From IMG/VR virus record IMGVR_UViG_3300016471_000863: a stretch of 64,000 nucleotides of DNA; one strand, written 5' to 3'. This document shows positions 1-8,420 of the stretch, piece after piece; the first letter of the stretch is position 1; every line of letters begins with the position of its first letter. The stretch is from a virus. The position numbers and the translations under genes are program-made. The notes beneath the pieces are model-generated. The model was not told the origin of the DNA. It made no database searches and saw only the letters and a list, made by a program, of their open reading frames with translations.

Positions 1-242
1 ATTTTATTCAATCTACAGCGGTTGATGTTGCCTTGCAGGGTTTTACAAAAATTGTAAAAAAGATTTATGCGGCACAATTGCAGGATTTAATTGTTCCGAT
101 GTTTGTTCTTCATGATGCTTTAATTCTTGATGTTCATGAAGATGCTTATGATGCAATCCCAAAATTGTGTAAATTAGGTTCTAATAAAATTAGAAGTTTT
201 GAAGATATAAATTTTTATCTAAAAGAAGAAAAATTAAAATAA
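1..242 (+). CDS. polA: Family A DNA polymerase, C-terminal fragment (gene begins before the window)
   Basis: The frame is open from position 3 and reads FIQSTAVDVAL...LHDALILDV. This matches the PolA (N)xxIQGxAAD motif and motif C (vHDElv). Confidence 0.8.
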   Translation, partial: FIQSTAVDVALQGFTKIVKKIYAAQLQDLIVPMFVLHDALILDVHEDAYDAIPKLCKLGSNKIRSFEDINFYLKEEKLK

Positions 243-539
243 TCACATTACAAAAACTTTACCAACAGAGGAGCCAAGAACAATTTCTAAATCTGCTTCT
301 ATTTCCGAGGCAATAGAGTCTAAATCTTCTAAATTGATTGCTTTTCGAGCTTCTTCGTTTTTACTATATCTTGTTTTTTTGCGCCCCCATCCTGCAATTC
401 CAGTAATGATAGACTGTGGCAATGGATTAAACTTAATCTTACCAGTTAAAAGATATTGAGCCAATAATTCATAAGCAAACTCATAGTTTATTGAACAAAT
501 GATCATGTTTAATAGCTTAATCCAATTAAAAGAAAACAT
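243..539 (-). CDS. Hypothetical protein, possibly a C-terminal gene remnant
   Basis: 98-aa ORF overlapping the upstream gene by 31 nt, with no clear RBS. The YEFAYELLAQYLLTGKIKFNPLP segment is protein-like. Confidence 0.4.
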   Translation of the reverse strand: MFSFNWIKLLNMIICSINYEFAYELLAQYLLTGKIKFNPLPQSIITGIAGWGRKKTRYSKNEEARKAINLEDLDSIASEIEADLEIVLGSSVGKVFVM

Positions 540-1021
540 ATTATTACGGATAATCCAATAACAGAGAATCCTGTTATACGTATAATATTAGGTTCTATAT
601 TCAAAGCTGCGGCAGCTATTTTTAAATCCGAGTATTCATTAATTCCCATAGAACCAACAAAGAAATCTACAATACCTGCTCCCCAAAAAATTATCCATGC
701 AATCATCCAAGGTAATGGAAAAAGAAATGCGAAAGGTAAAGCTAATGCAGCCACAATGTTCATTAGTCTTGGAGCTAAGTATATTAAAGCCAGTTCATTT
801 GGTTTGACTTCATTTGGATCCCATGACCATTGAACTTTTGCAAAATAAAAGTTTCCAGCTTCATCCTTATGTGGATAGAGCCACCATTTAACGTCTGTTA
901 TTTTGGCTACTATGTTAGCAACGATTATATGTGAAGCTTCATGTGCAAGTGTCCATAGAAACCAAACTGCCGGTAATTCTAATAAGTATAATATACAAAA
1001 TAACAATAGTTCCATAACCAA
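509..1021 (-). CDS. Membrane protein with HExxH motif (M50/zincin-like metallopeptidase)
   Basis: Several hydrophobic helices, AHEASH motif, LAP motif and a later SD, as in M50-type membrane peptidases. Confidence 0.6.
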   Translation of the reverse strand: MVMELLLFCILYLLELPAVWFLWTLAHEASHIIVANIVAKITDVKWWLYPHKDEAGNFYFAKVQWSWDPNEVKPNELALIYLAPRLMNIVAALALPFAFLFPLPWMIAWIIFWGAGIVDFFVGSMGINEYSDLKIAAAALNIEPNIIRITGFSVIGLSVIICFLLIGLSY

Positions 1022-1049
1022 CCTATGAAAATAAATTAAATGACTTTTT

Positions 1050-1094
1050 TTATAGACAGACTTTACAAACCTTGTCTTTTTTATTTTGTTCCAT
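1050..1094 (-). pseudogene. Truncated zinc-finger gene start (MEQNKKDKVCKVCL*)
   Basis: ATG at 1094 lies just after an ATATTTA motif. CxxC is followed by TAA, and the frame continues KKSFNLF, like the CxxCxxxKxxxxF zinc ribbon of HNH nucleases. Confidence 0.3.
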
Positions 1095-1136
1095 GATGAT
1101 AAATATTATGGCAATTTAAACTAGTAGTCGTGTATG

Positions 1137-1478
1137 TCAAATGTTACGCTTACCACGAGCAAGCAATAGATTTTCTTCTGGTTTAATCTTCCAGAATTCT
1201 CGTGGAATAAAATCTGGAGGTGGGCTATCTCCATAATAGAAAAATAATATTCTGCCAGCAGTGGAACTGTATACTCCTACAATGGTTATCTCCCCAGCGT
1301 GTATAAGATCATGACATGAATGACATACCACAGCAAGATTGTGATTATCGTTTGTGCATCTTGGATCGCATTGAGGAATAATGTGATGGAGATTTAATGC
1401 AGCACTCTTATTGAAACCACATATCTCACATTTATCTTTGACTAACTTATCTTGACCAGCTTTTCTTCTTGCTTTCAT
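1137..1478 (-). CDS. HNH endonuclease
   Basis: CEICG...LHHIIP...NHNLAVVCHSCHDLIH, a classic zinc-binding HNH signature. Confidence 0.88.
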   Translation of the reverse strand: MKARRKAGQDKLVKDKCEICGFNKSAALNLHHIIPQCDPRCTNDNHNLAVVCHSCHDLIHAGEITIVGVYSSTAGRILFFYYGDSPPPDFIPREFWKIKPEENLLLARGKRNI

Positions 1479-1519
1479 ATATGGAAAGCATAATTCAAGA
1501 AAATAGATTTTCTTATCTT

Positions 1520-2443
1520 TTATATAAGATTATATCTTTCTCGTAAAGCAAAAATGGCAAGATTTTTGTGTTTAGCTTCAACATCTACATCAATCGTATC
1601 ATCCCGCATGGCTTCTAGCTGCATATCCGGAATATAGTGAATATATTGCGAATGAGCCCGCCGTTGATTGAATGGAGCATCCTCCATACCAGGCTCGGTA
1701 TTGCTGATATGCTGCAATGGTTTGATAGAACCCCAGGTAGCACGAGTATCATCAAAAGCTTCAGCAAATGACATATTGCCGGTATTGAAAGTAAAATGGT
1801 GACTATCAAACACTACAGAAACACCACAACGATCATGGATATCCAATAGCTGACCGACATTATAGCATCGTTCATCATTCTCTAGAGTAAGACGCAAACG
1901 AATATTATCTGGAAGAGAACGATATACATTTATGATATTCGATGATCGATCCGCTTTACCGCCATGAATATTTATAGCTGCATAGCTTGAAAGGGGTAGA
2001 CCCATAACATCAAAAACCCATGCATGATATTCAAGCTCGCGAATAGAATTGTTTACTACATTGACGCTATCACTAGACAGCACGGTAAATTGTCCAGGAT
2101 GACAAGTAACACGAATGTTATTATCGGTAAACAATTTACCTAGAGTTTTCAATTTAGAAAGCAAAATTTCATCAGCCTTAACCATTTCATGATTAAATTC
2201 CCAAAGTGGAAATAATCCAGATGTTAAACGAAAAGAATTAATTTTGTTCCTAATGAGATAGGGAAACGTCTTAATGTGTTGATCAACATTATGATGATAG
2301 GTTTGAGATATTTTTTCTCTCGTATACTTTCCACTCTGGAAAGCACCTAACTGTAAAGTTTTTTCTTCTAAAATATTGACATAGGTAATATTACCTGTTC
2401 TCTTGTGAACAGGTTCAATGATTTGACAACATAAGCCTAGCAT
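1520..2443 (-). CDS. uvsE: UV-damage endonuclease UvsE/UvdE
   Basis: FRLTSGLFP, HPGQFTVLSS, INIHGG, LTLENDE, FDSHH, AHS and VEAK motifs of the UvdE TIM-barrel family. Confidence 0.93.
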   Translation of the reverse strand: MLGLCCQIIEPVHKRTGNITYVNILEEKTLQLGAFQSGKYTREKISQTYHHNVDQHIKTFPYLIRNKINSFRLTSGLFPLWEFNHEMVKADEILLSKLKTLGKLFTDNNIRVTCHPGQFTVLSSDSVNVVNNSIRELEYHAWVFDVMGLPLSSYAAINIHGGKADRSSNIINVYRSLPDNIRLRLTLENDERCYNVGQLLDIHDRCGVSVVFDSHHFTFNTGNMSFAEAFDDTRATWGSIKPLQHISNTEPGMEDAPFNQRRAHSQYIHYIPDMQLEAMRDDTIDVDVEAKHKNLAIFALRERYNLI

Positions 2444-2500
2444 TTTATATCTTTCGTTAGAGAATAACTTACAATAGCATATTTTAGTATTAAAATATAG

Positions 2501-2797
2501 TTATTCTTTTTTTGTTGCCGTGTCTTTATAAAGACCAAGTAAGCCATAGCCAATTATGTCTTTCCATGCATCAATTTTTCCTTCATTTGCAGGTAAATTA
2601 CTAGCATTTCCTAATCGTTTAAGTTTGTCAAAAATACGAACTATGCATAGTGCATCTGTATACGAATCTACCGGAATACCATCTGGATATAATAGTTTTA
2701 AAAAATCTCCAGCTTGATCAAAACTTGAGCCGTAAGCAGCATTTTTCTGATCAACTAAATTTCCGATTTGTTCTGCAAGTTCTTTATATTTTCCCAT
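2501..2797 (-). CDS. Nucleotide-modification-associated domain 1 (Nmad1/DUF1599-like) protein
   Basis: KNAAYGSSF...RIFDKLKR...DAWKDIIGY pattern. GAGG RBS upstream. Confidence 0.7.
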   Translation of the reverse strand: MGKYKELAEQIGNLVDQKNAAYGSSFDQAGDFLKLLYPDGIPVDSYTDALCIVRIFDKLKRLGNASNLPANEGKIDAWKDIIGYGLLGLYKDTATKKE

Positions 2798-2843
2798 TCG
2801 TTCCTCTTGTAATGCAAGCTGTTAGCTTATCTCAAATCATTAT

Positions 2844-2850
2844 ATATTTA
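2844..2850 (+). promoter_or_regulatory. Putative late promoter core ATATTTA
   Basis: 21 nt upstream of the structural gene start. The same ATANTTA motif recurs before other transcription-unit starts. Confidence 0.45.
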
Positions 2851-2871
2851 TAGGATATAAGAGAGATTCAT

Positions 2872-4554
2872 ATGCCATTTAATATACCAATTCAAAGTGA
2901 TGTTAACGTAGTAATATCAGGGTCAACGATTAATATCCCGGCTGCTGTAACTTCAAGTGGTGATGTTGGTGTATTAAGACAAGCCCCTTCAAGAGATTTA
3001 TTTGTCACCGGTTCTGTCGGAATAACAAACTTTCCATTAACTCAAAGTGTTAGTGCTGTTAATCTTGATATCAGAGATTTAGATTATACTACTGATGATG
3101 TAACAGTTTATGGCGACAATGGAATTGCACTACAGCAAGATGTAAATAATAAGCTTATTGTTGCAGATAGTGACGTTTCCAGTTCAATAGTTGCTTCTCA
3201 AAATGTTTTATCAAATAGTCTTGCTGCCATATTCAATGAATTAAATTCTGGCGACGTAGACATACGTAATTTAAATTCCGGCTCTGATAGCGTAACCGCT
3301 GCTCAAGGAACAAATCCTTGGACAGTAGCTATGTCTGGCAGCGTAACAATCGCAGGGTTTAGAGATAATCCAGGGCTTGATGCATTTGGTCGGCTAAGAG
3401 TTAGCAATCCAGTTACTCTTTTTGAAAGTAAACAAATATTTGATAACCAAGACTTGTTTTGGTCTACAAGCGCATCAAATGGACAATTAAATTATAATCA
3501 AAATCAAGCTGCCACCCTTATGTCAGTTAGTGGTACAGCCGGTGCATTAGCTATTAAACAATCTAAACAAAGAATAAATTATCAACCAGGAAAGTCTTTA
3601 GTTTTTATATCATCATTTGTCTTTGGTTCGCCGGTTTCAAACATCATTAGGAGAACCGGGTATTATGATGATAAAAATGGTATATTCTTTGAGCAAAGCG
3701 GGAGCAATTTAAATTTCTGCTTACGTTCCAACTACACAAGCACTCCGGCCACAACACAAGTTAGTCAAAGTGCGTGGAATTTAGATAAATTAGATGGTAG
3801 CGGCTCAAGTGGAATAGCACTTGATATAACAAAAGCACAAATTTGTTTTATTGATCTTGAATGGCTTGGCGTTGGAAGGGTTAGAACTGGATTTGTTTTA
3901 AATGGATTGCCAGTATACGTTCATGAGTTCAATAGGGCAAATACTCTAACTGGCGTATATATGTCAACGCCAAATCTTCCTGTAAGATATGAAATAAGAA
4001 GTTCAGCAGCAGGATCGGTAGGTTCACTTACAGAAATATGCTCTACCGTTCTTTCTGAGGGTGGTTTAGAAATATTAGGAACTCTGCATTCAGCCAATCG
4101 TGGAACAAGTAGATTATTAAACGCACCAAACGGTGTTTTCTGTCCTTTAATCAGTATTAGACTTAAAAATACTTATATTGGTGCAACAATATATCCCATC
4201 GACATATCAATGGTTCCTACATCAGCAGATACCTTTCTTTGGGCGCTTATATTAAATCCAACTGTTGCTGGATTAGATGCAGCATCATGGGTTCCTATCA
4301 CAAATTCCGCAATAGAATATGATATATCAAGAACCATAAGCAACACCTTAACAGGTGGAACAGTTATTAAGAGCGGGCATGTTTCTGGACAAGGTGTATC
4401 GGTTAATGCTGCTACAATAGGAGATATAAGAAGTTCTCTTTTGATTGGTACAGATATAAATAATATTTCAGATCAGCTTGTATTGGCTGTTATGCATCTT
4501 GGTTCCGGCACAAGGGATTACTATGGTTCCCTATCTTGGCGTGAAATATTCTGA
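2872..4554 (+). CDS. Putative virion structural or fibre-like protein
   Basis: 560 aa, rich in Ser/Thr/Gly/Val and beta-strand-like. LDIRDL/VDIRNL internal repeat and a DAFGRLRVS motif that I recall from phage structural proteins. ATATTTA upstream. Confidence 0.55.
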   Translation: MPFNIPIQSDVNVVISGSTINIPAAVTSSGDVGVLRQAPSRDLFVTGSVGITNFPLTQSVSAVNLDIRDLDYTTDDVTVYGDNGIALQQDVNNKLIVADSDVSSSIVASQNVLSNSLAAIFNELNSGDVDIRNLNSGSDSVTAAQGTNPWTVAMSGSVTIAGFRDNPGLDAFGRLRVSNPVTLFESKQIFDNQDLFWSTSASNGQLNYNQNQAATLMSVSGTAGALAIKQSKQRINYQPGKSLVFISSFVFGSPVSNIIRRTGYYDDKNGIFFEQSGSNLNFCLRSNYTSTPATTQVSQSAWNLDKLDGSGSSGIALDITKAQICFIDLEWLGVGRVRTGFVLNGLPVYVHEFNRANTLTGVYMSTPNLPVRYEIRSSAAGSVGSLTEICSTVLSEGGLEILGTLHSANRGTSRLLNAPNGVFCPLISIRLKNTYIGATIYPIDISMVPTSADTFLWALILNPTVAGLDAASWVPITNSAIEYDISRTISNTLTGGTVIKSGHVSGQGVSVNAATIGDIRSSLLIGTDINNISDQLVLAVMHLGSGTRDYYGSLSWREIF

Positions 4555-4598
4555 TCAATATAATCAGCTTCAATCATAAGCGAACATCTACGGTTATA

Positions 4599-5336
4599 TC
4601 ACTTAATGATATCATCAATAAGAATTGGTTGTACTAAATTTTTAATAGCTTTTGCATATTCTCTAATTTCCCATTGAGCATCTTCTTTAAGACGTTGATG
4701 AAGAAAAAATAGAATTGTTTGCAAAGAACAAGTCCAGATACATTCGGAATAAATATTTTGCGGAAGAAGCATTCTTGCTTGTTCTTTTGCTCCGCCAGCA
4801 CTCACGATTGCTTTATAGTTTTGATATTGAAAATCACAAACATTTCTAAAGAAATCTACTGGATCAACACCGCTTTCCAAAGCTTCAAGCTTGCCATGAC
4901 TGCCCTGCTTATTGTCTTTGGATTGAATTCGAATTATTTCTGGAATATAAAATTCTGGTTCAAATTCCACATATCTTCCGGAGGCTTCATTCCATGAAGT
5001 ATCTTGAATTTCAATTGAACCAACATTTTCATTTTCAAGCCATTGAGAACCTATCTGATATTTCCACCATTGACGGAAAACACAGAGAGGTGCTTTTATT
5101 CTAAAAGAAAAATAAGAATGACGCAAAGTTGAAAAATGTTCATGATCAATTAAAAATTTTATAAGTTTAGCATCACGTTCTGTTAATTCTTTTGCTTCTT
5201 TCAAGAAAGAAACTCTTGCAGAATTAACAACTTTCAACATAGGATGCGTTATCATGCCATCCATTAATTCAACATGTCCTTTGTCTAAAACTGTTTCTTT
5301 ACGAAATAATTGTTTGATATCAAATTCTTTTTTCAT
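4599..5336 (-). CDS. thyX: FAD-dependent thymidylate synthase ThyX
   Basis: VNSARVSF, HEHFSTLRH, RQWWKY...SWNEASGRY, EQARMLLP and RLKEDAQWEIR. Start moved to ATG 5336, which has a GGAG RBS. Confidence 0.92.
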   Translation of the reverse strand: MKKEFDIKQLFRKETVLDKGHVELMDGMITHPMLKVVNSARVSFLKEAKELTERDAKLIKFLIDHEHFSTLRHSYFSFRIKAPLCVFRQWWKYQIGSQWLENENVGSIEIQDTSWNEASGRYVEFEPEFYIPEIIRIQSKDNKQGSHGKLEALESGVDPVDFFRNVCDFQYQNYKAIVSAGGAKEQARMLLPQNIYSECIWTCSLQTILFFLHQRLKEDAQWEIREYAKAIKNLVQPILIDDIIK

Positions 5337-5589
5337 ACACTTTCTCCATCCCATTTTTCCAAGAAATATAAGGAAGATTATCATCTCCAAGATCTGGCTT
5401 CATTTGAATAAACAAATCATAACTTTCTCCATCATGGCATTCGAATTCAACTTTAACATCTTTTTCTGATTTGCCAGAAGAAATAAGTTGATTAAGCGCC
5501 TTTTGCAGAGCTTCTAAAGCTTCTCTTGTTCCGATTATTACTGCATCATCATGCTGTTGATATTGAGAATAAATGTGTAATTTTTTCAT
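5320..5589 (-). CDS. Hypothetical protein
   Basis: Tightly packed ORF. Likely start MKKLHIY at 5589, adjacent to the upstream stop. Confidence 0.7.
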   Translation of the reverse strand: MKKLHIYSQYQQHDDAVIIGTREALEALQKALNQLISSGKSEKDVKVEFECHDGESYDLFIQMKPDLGDDNLPYISWKNGMEKVYEKRI

Positions 5590-5590
5590 A

Positions 5591-5950
5591 TCATTCCTTA
5601 TCAAATTTCAACAGTTTTATATCCCGGATTTCATCTAGGAAAAAAATTGTACTTCTCCACTTGTTTTGTCCATTTCCTAGACAAATACAAGATAACTCTA
5701 ACCCGGTTATACTATTAGATTCTTCTAAAATTAATGTTATAGTGCCTTTTAAAGAACCCCTATTATTTTCTTCTTCGCTCAAATTCCATCTAGAAGGTGG
5801 ATGCGGAGAAAATATTTTATTAGGATCTTTGAAAGATACAAGAACTTCATCGCCAACAACTAATTCGCTAGCAATTTTTTGAATTGATTTTAAATTTTTA
5901 TCTTTTTTAGAATCTTGTTTATCAAACAGACTTTTAAACCAATTTAGCAT
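5591..5950 (-). CDS. Hypothetical protein
   Basis: 119-aa ORF in the operon orientation. Confidence 0.65.
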   Translation of the reverse strand: MLNWFKSLFDKQDSKKDKNLKSIQKIASELVVGDEVLVSFKDPNKIFSPHPPSRWNLSEEENNRGSLKGTITLILEESNSITGLELSCICLGNGQNKWRSTIFFLDEIRDIKLLKFDKE

Positions 5951-6003
5951 CTGTTAAGAGTAGCACATGAAATTATTCTTTTATATCTGTTGGTTTGTAT
6001 CAA

Positions 6004-7599
6004 TTACTTTACTAGCTCTTTTACTGCGCCTGTAAAATTCCATTTATATTTATCACCGATTTTTAATAAGGTTTTTAGTCCTTGATTAAGATTTTCTTTT
6101 TTGTTCATAAAAGATTCCCAGTCGTCTTCCACGGAACGCTTTAATCGTTCGGGAAGGAAAAAATGTATCCTCATAAAAAAATTTTGAAGTTTTTGAAGTT
6201 CTTCGAACTTTTCTTTTAAATTTGAATTTTTTAAATAACTTTCTATAGTACTTTTTGCAATAGACTGCCCTGCCACAATAAGAAGAATCAAGGCAAATTT
6301 AATTTTTTCTTTATCGGATATTATTTTCGCAATCATCATTTGCAGAATTCGTTCAGATATCTGTAATTTATTATTTTCAATAAATTTTAATAAATTGCGT
6401 ACTTTTTCAGTATCGTTAACAATATCTGTATAAAATAAACTTTCTATACCTTTAGTGATTCGATTTGCAATTTTTATAGGTTTTTTTTCATTTATCAATA
6501 ATTCTTTAAAAGCCCCATCAGTAGATAATGCTTGGATTATGCTATATCCAAACTTCGGTTTTTCTTTCATTATTCTTTCGAATAATTGCCAATCATTTAC
6601 AATAGAATATGGATCTTCTTTTATATCATTTTCTGTAAGGGTGAAAAATGGAGTTGTGTCAATAATTGGAGTTAGGAATTTATTGAGAGCTTTGAGAATA
6701 TTTTCATCATATTTTTCTTCAATATAATTTATATCTTGCGAATAATCATTAGCGGAATGTATTTCTATTGTAGGAATATCTCCAGAAAATGAAATTGCAT
6801 CTTTATCTTCAGTTTTTTTATTGATAATAAATAAAAATCTAACGTCTCGTTTCACGTAGTCATCAAAATAATTCCGATCATCAGTAGATGATATGCACCA
6901 CTTAGTTCCTTTTCCATATACACAAGAAGCCTCTTGGGAGGCTGGTTCTAAAATGATATATGTATCATTTTCATAAATTTTTTTGACATTTTTTTTAGCT
7001 ATATTTTTTGTTTTCTTTTCTCTAGCAGTATCTTCAGTGTCAAGTACACTATCTTCTAAATCTTTTAATGTTTTATATTTTGTATGATCTTTTTTATCTG
7101 CTGGAATTAAATTTTTTTTAGATAAATCTTCAAATCTAGAAGTTACATTGACTACAATGCCAGAAAGATTCCATAGGACATCTCCATCTATTGATTCTTT
7201 ATTTTTTTCTATAAATTCTTTTCCAATTTTAGTAGCCCATGGAACATACTTTGAGTTTATTTTATTTTTTTTAAGATATTCAAGATATTGCAATATCTGC
7301 GGATCTTTTCCTGCATATTGATTGATTGTATCTTCAATTTTACTTTCAAGAAGTTTAATAATTCCTTCTCCAAGCCCCATCCTTGGAGGATCATGAGAAT
7401 AAGCTTTTCTCTGTAAATTTTTTCTTACTTTTCCCATAACTTCTCTGTGACGAGCAATTCCAGGATCCCCTCTGTAGGCGTATACAGGGAACCAGGAGCC
7501 ACGAATAGAGGTACTAACATGCTGGGCACCCATCTTGTCCAAAACATTCTCTATAATCAATTTAATAAATTCTTTTAATATTTGTTTATCTTGAGTCAT
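6004..7599 (-). CDS. Hypothetical large-phage protein (ASCxYGxGTKWCI domain)
   Basis: 531-aa ORF with EASCVYGKGTKWCIS motif and an amphipathic N-terminal leader ILKEFIKLIIE. Confidence 0.7.
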   Translation of the reverse strand: MTQDKQILKEFIKLIIENVLDKMGAQHVSTSIRGSWFPVYAYRGDPGIARHREVMGKVRKNLQRKAYSHDPPRMGLGEGIIKLLESKIEDTINQYAGKDPQILQYLEYLKKNKINSKYVPWATKIGKEFIEKNKESIDGDVLWNLSGIVVNVTSRFEDLSKKNLIPADKKDHTKYKTLKDLEDSVLDTEDTAREKKTKNIAKKNVKKIYENDTYIILEPASQEASCVYGKGTKWCISSTDDRNYFDDYVKRDVRFLFIINKKTEDKDAISFSGDIPTIEIHSANDYSQDINYIEEKYDENILKALNKFLTPIIDTTPFFTLTENDIKEDPYSIVNDWQLFERIMKEKPKFGYSIIQALSTDGAFKELLINEKKPIKIANRITKGIESLFYTDIVNDTEKVRNLLKFIENNKLQISERILQMMIAKIISDKEKIKFALILLIVAGQSIAKSTIESYLKNSNLKEKFEELQKLQNFFMRIHFFLPERLKRSVEDDWESFMNKKENLNQGLKTLLKIGDKYKWNFTGAVKELVK

Positions 7600-8362
7600 G
7601 TGAACGATAGGTTCTTAAGAAATTTTGAATTCTTTGTCTACCGACAAAGAAAGAGACTTGCGAAACATTTCTTATGTATGAATCTGCAACTCCAATAACT
7701 TCACCTCTAATATTTAGTAAAGGACCACCAGAATATCCGCCAACAATTGTAATATTTGTTTGCATTACATTTCTATCTAATAAAATTCTAGAGATAATTC
7801 CATCAGAGATAGACCAAGCTAATTCAACCGGATGTCCTATTGTATATACTGTGTCTATTATTTGTGGCTCAAAATCAGAGATAGATAGATATGCATTGCT
7901 AGAATTTGTATCCTCTGTAAGAGATAATATTGCTAAATCCATATCTAAATCAACTGCAACTACAGATGCAATATTTATTTCTTCTCTAAGAAGAATGAGA
8001 GAGCTTTGATCAATTTGATTGCGATATACGAACTGGAATTCTATTCCTGTAGGATCTAGTACTGTGGGTATTTGTACCATTTCCCCTGTAGGTAAAACAA
8101 AAACTCTTGTACTTTGAAAACAGTGTAGAGCACTTAAAATAAGTCGATCCTCAATGAAAAATCCAGAACAAGTAATATCTACTGCTCGACTTATTTCTGT
8201 GGAGTTTCTTTCTGAAATAAAAGCTATTGTAGAATCTAGAGCAAGATTTAATTCAGAACTACCGATTCGATTTAAGGTTCTTTGATTTTGATTGCAGGAG
8301 GCTAAAAACGTAATGTAAACGAGTGTTAATAATTTCAATGATAAATCAATAATAAATCTCAT
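7586..8362 (-). CDS. Trypsin-like (S1) serine protease, probable lipoprotein
   Basis: Catalytic triad motifs SALHC, DLAIL and GYSGGPL. Hydrophobic N-terminus ending in the lipobox-like LASC. Confidence 0.85.
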   Translation of the reverse strand: MRFIIDLSLKLLTLVYITFLASCNQNQRTLNRIGSSELNLALDSTIAFISERNSTEISRAVDITCSGFFIEDRLILSALHCFQSTRVFVLPTGEMVQIPTVLDPTGIEFQFVYRNQIDQSSLILLREEINIASVVAVDLDMDLAILSLTEDTNSSNAYLSISDFEPQIIDTVYTIGHPVELAWSISDGIISRILLDRNVMQTNITIVGGYSGGPLLNIRGEVIGVADSYIRNVSQVSFFVGRQRIQNFLRTYRSHDSR

Positions 8363-8420
8363 TTATATTTTTTTACTCCATATTCATAAATATATGGATA
8401 AAGATTTATTGTTTTACAAT

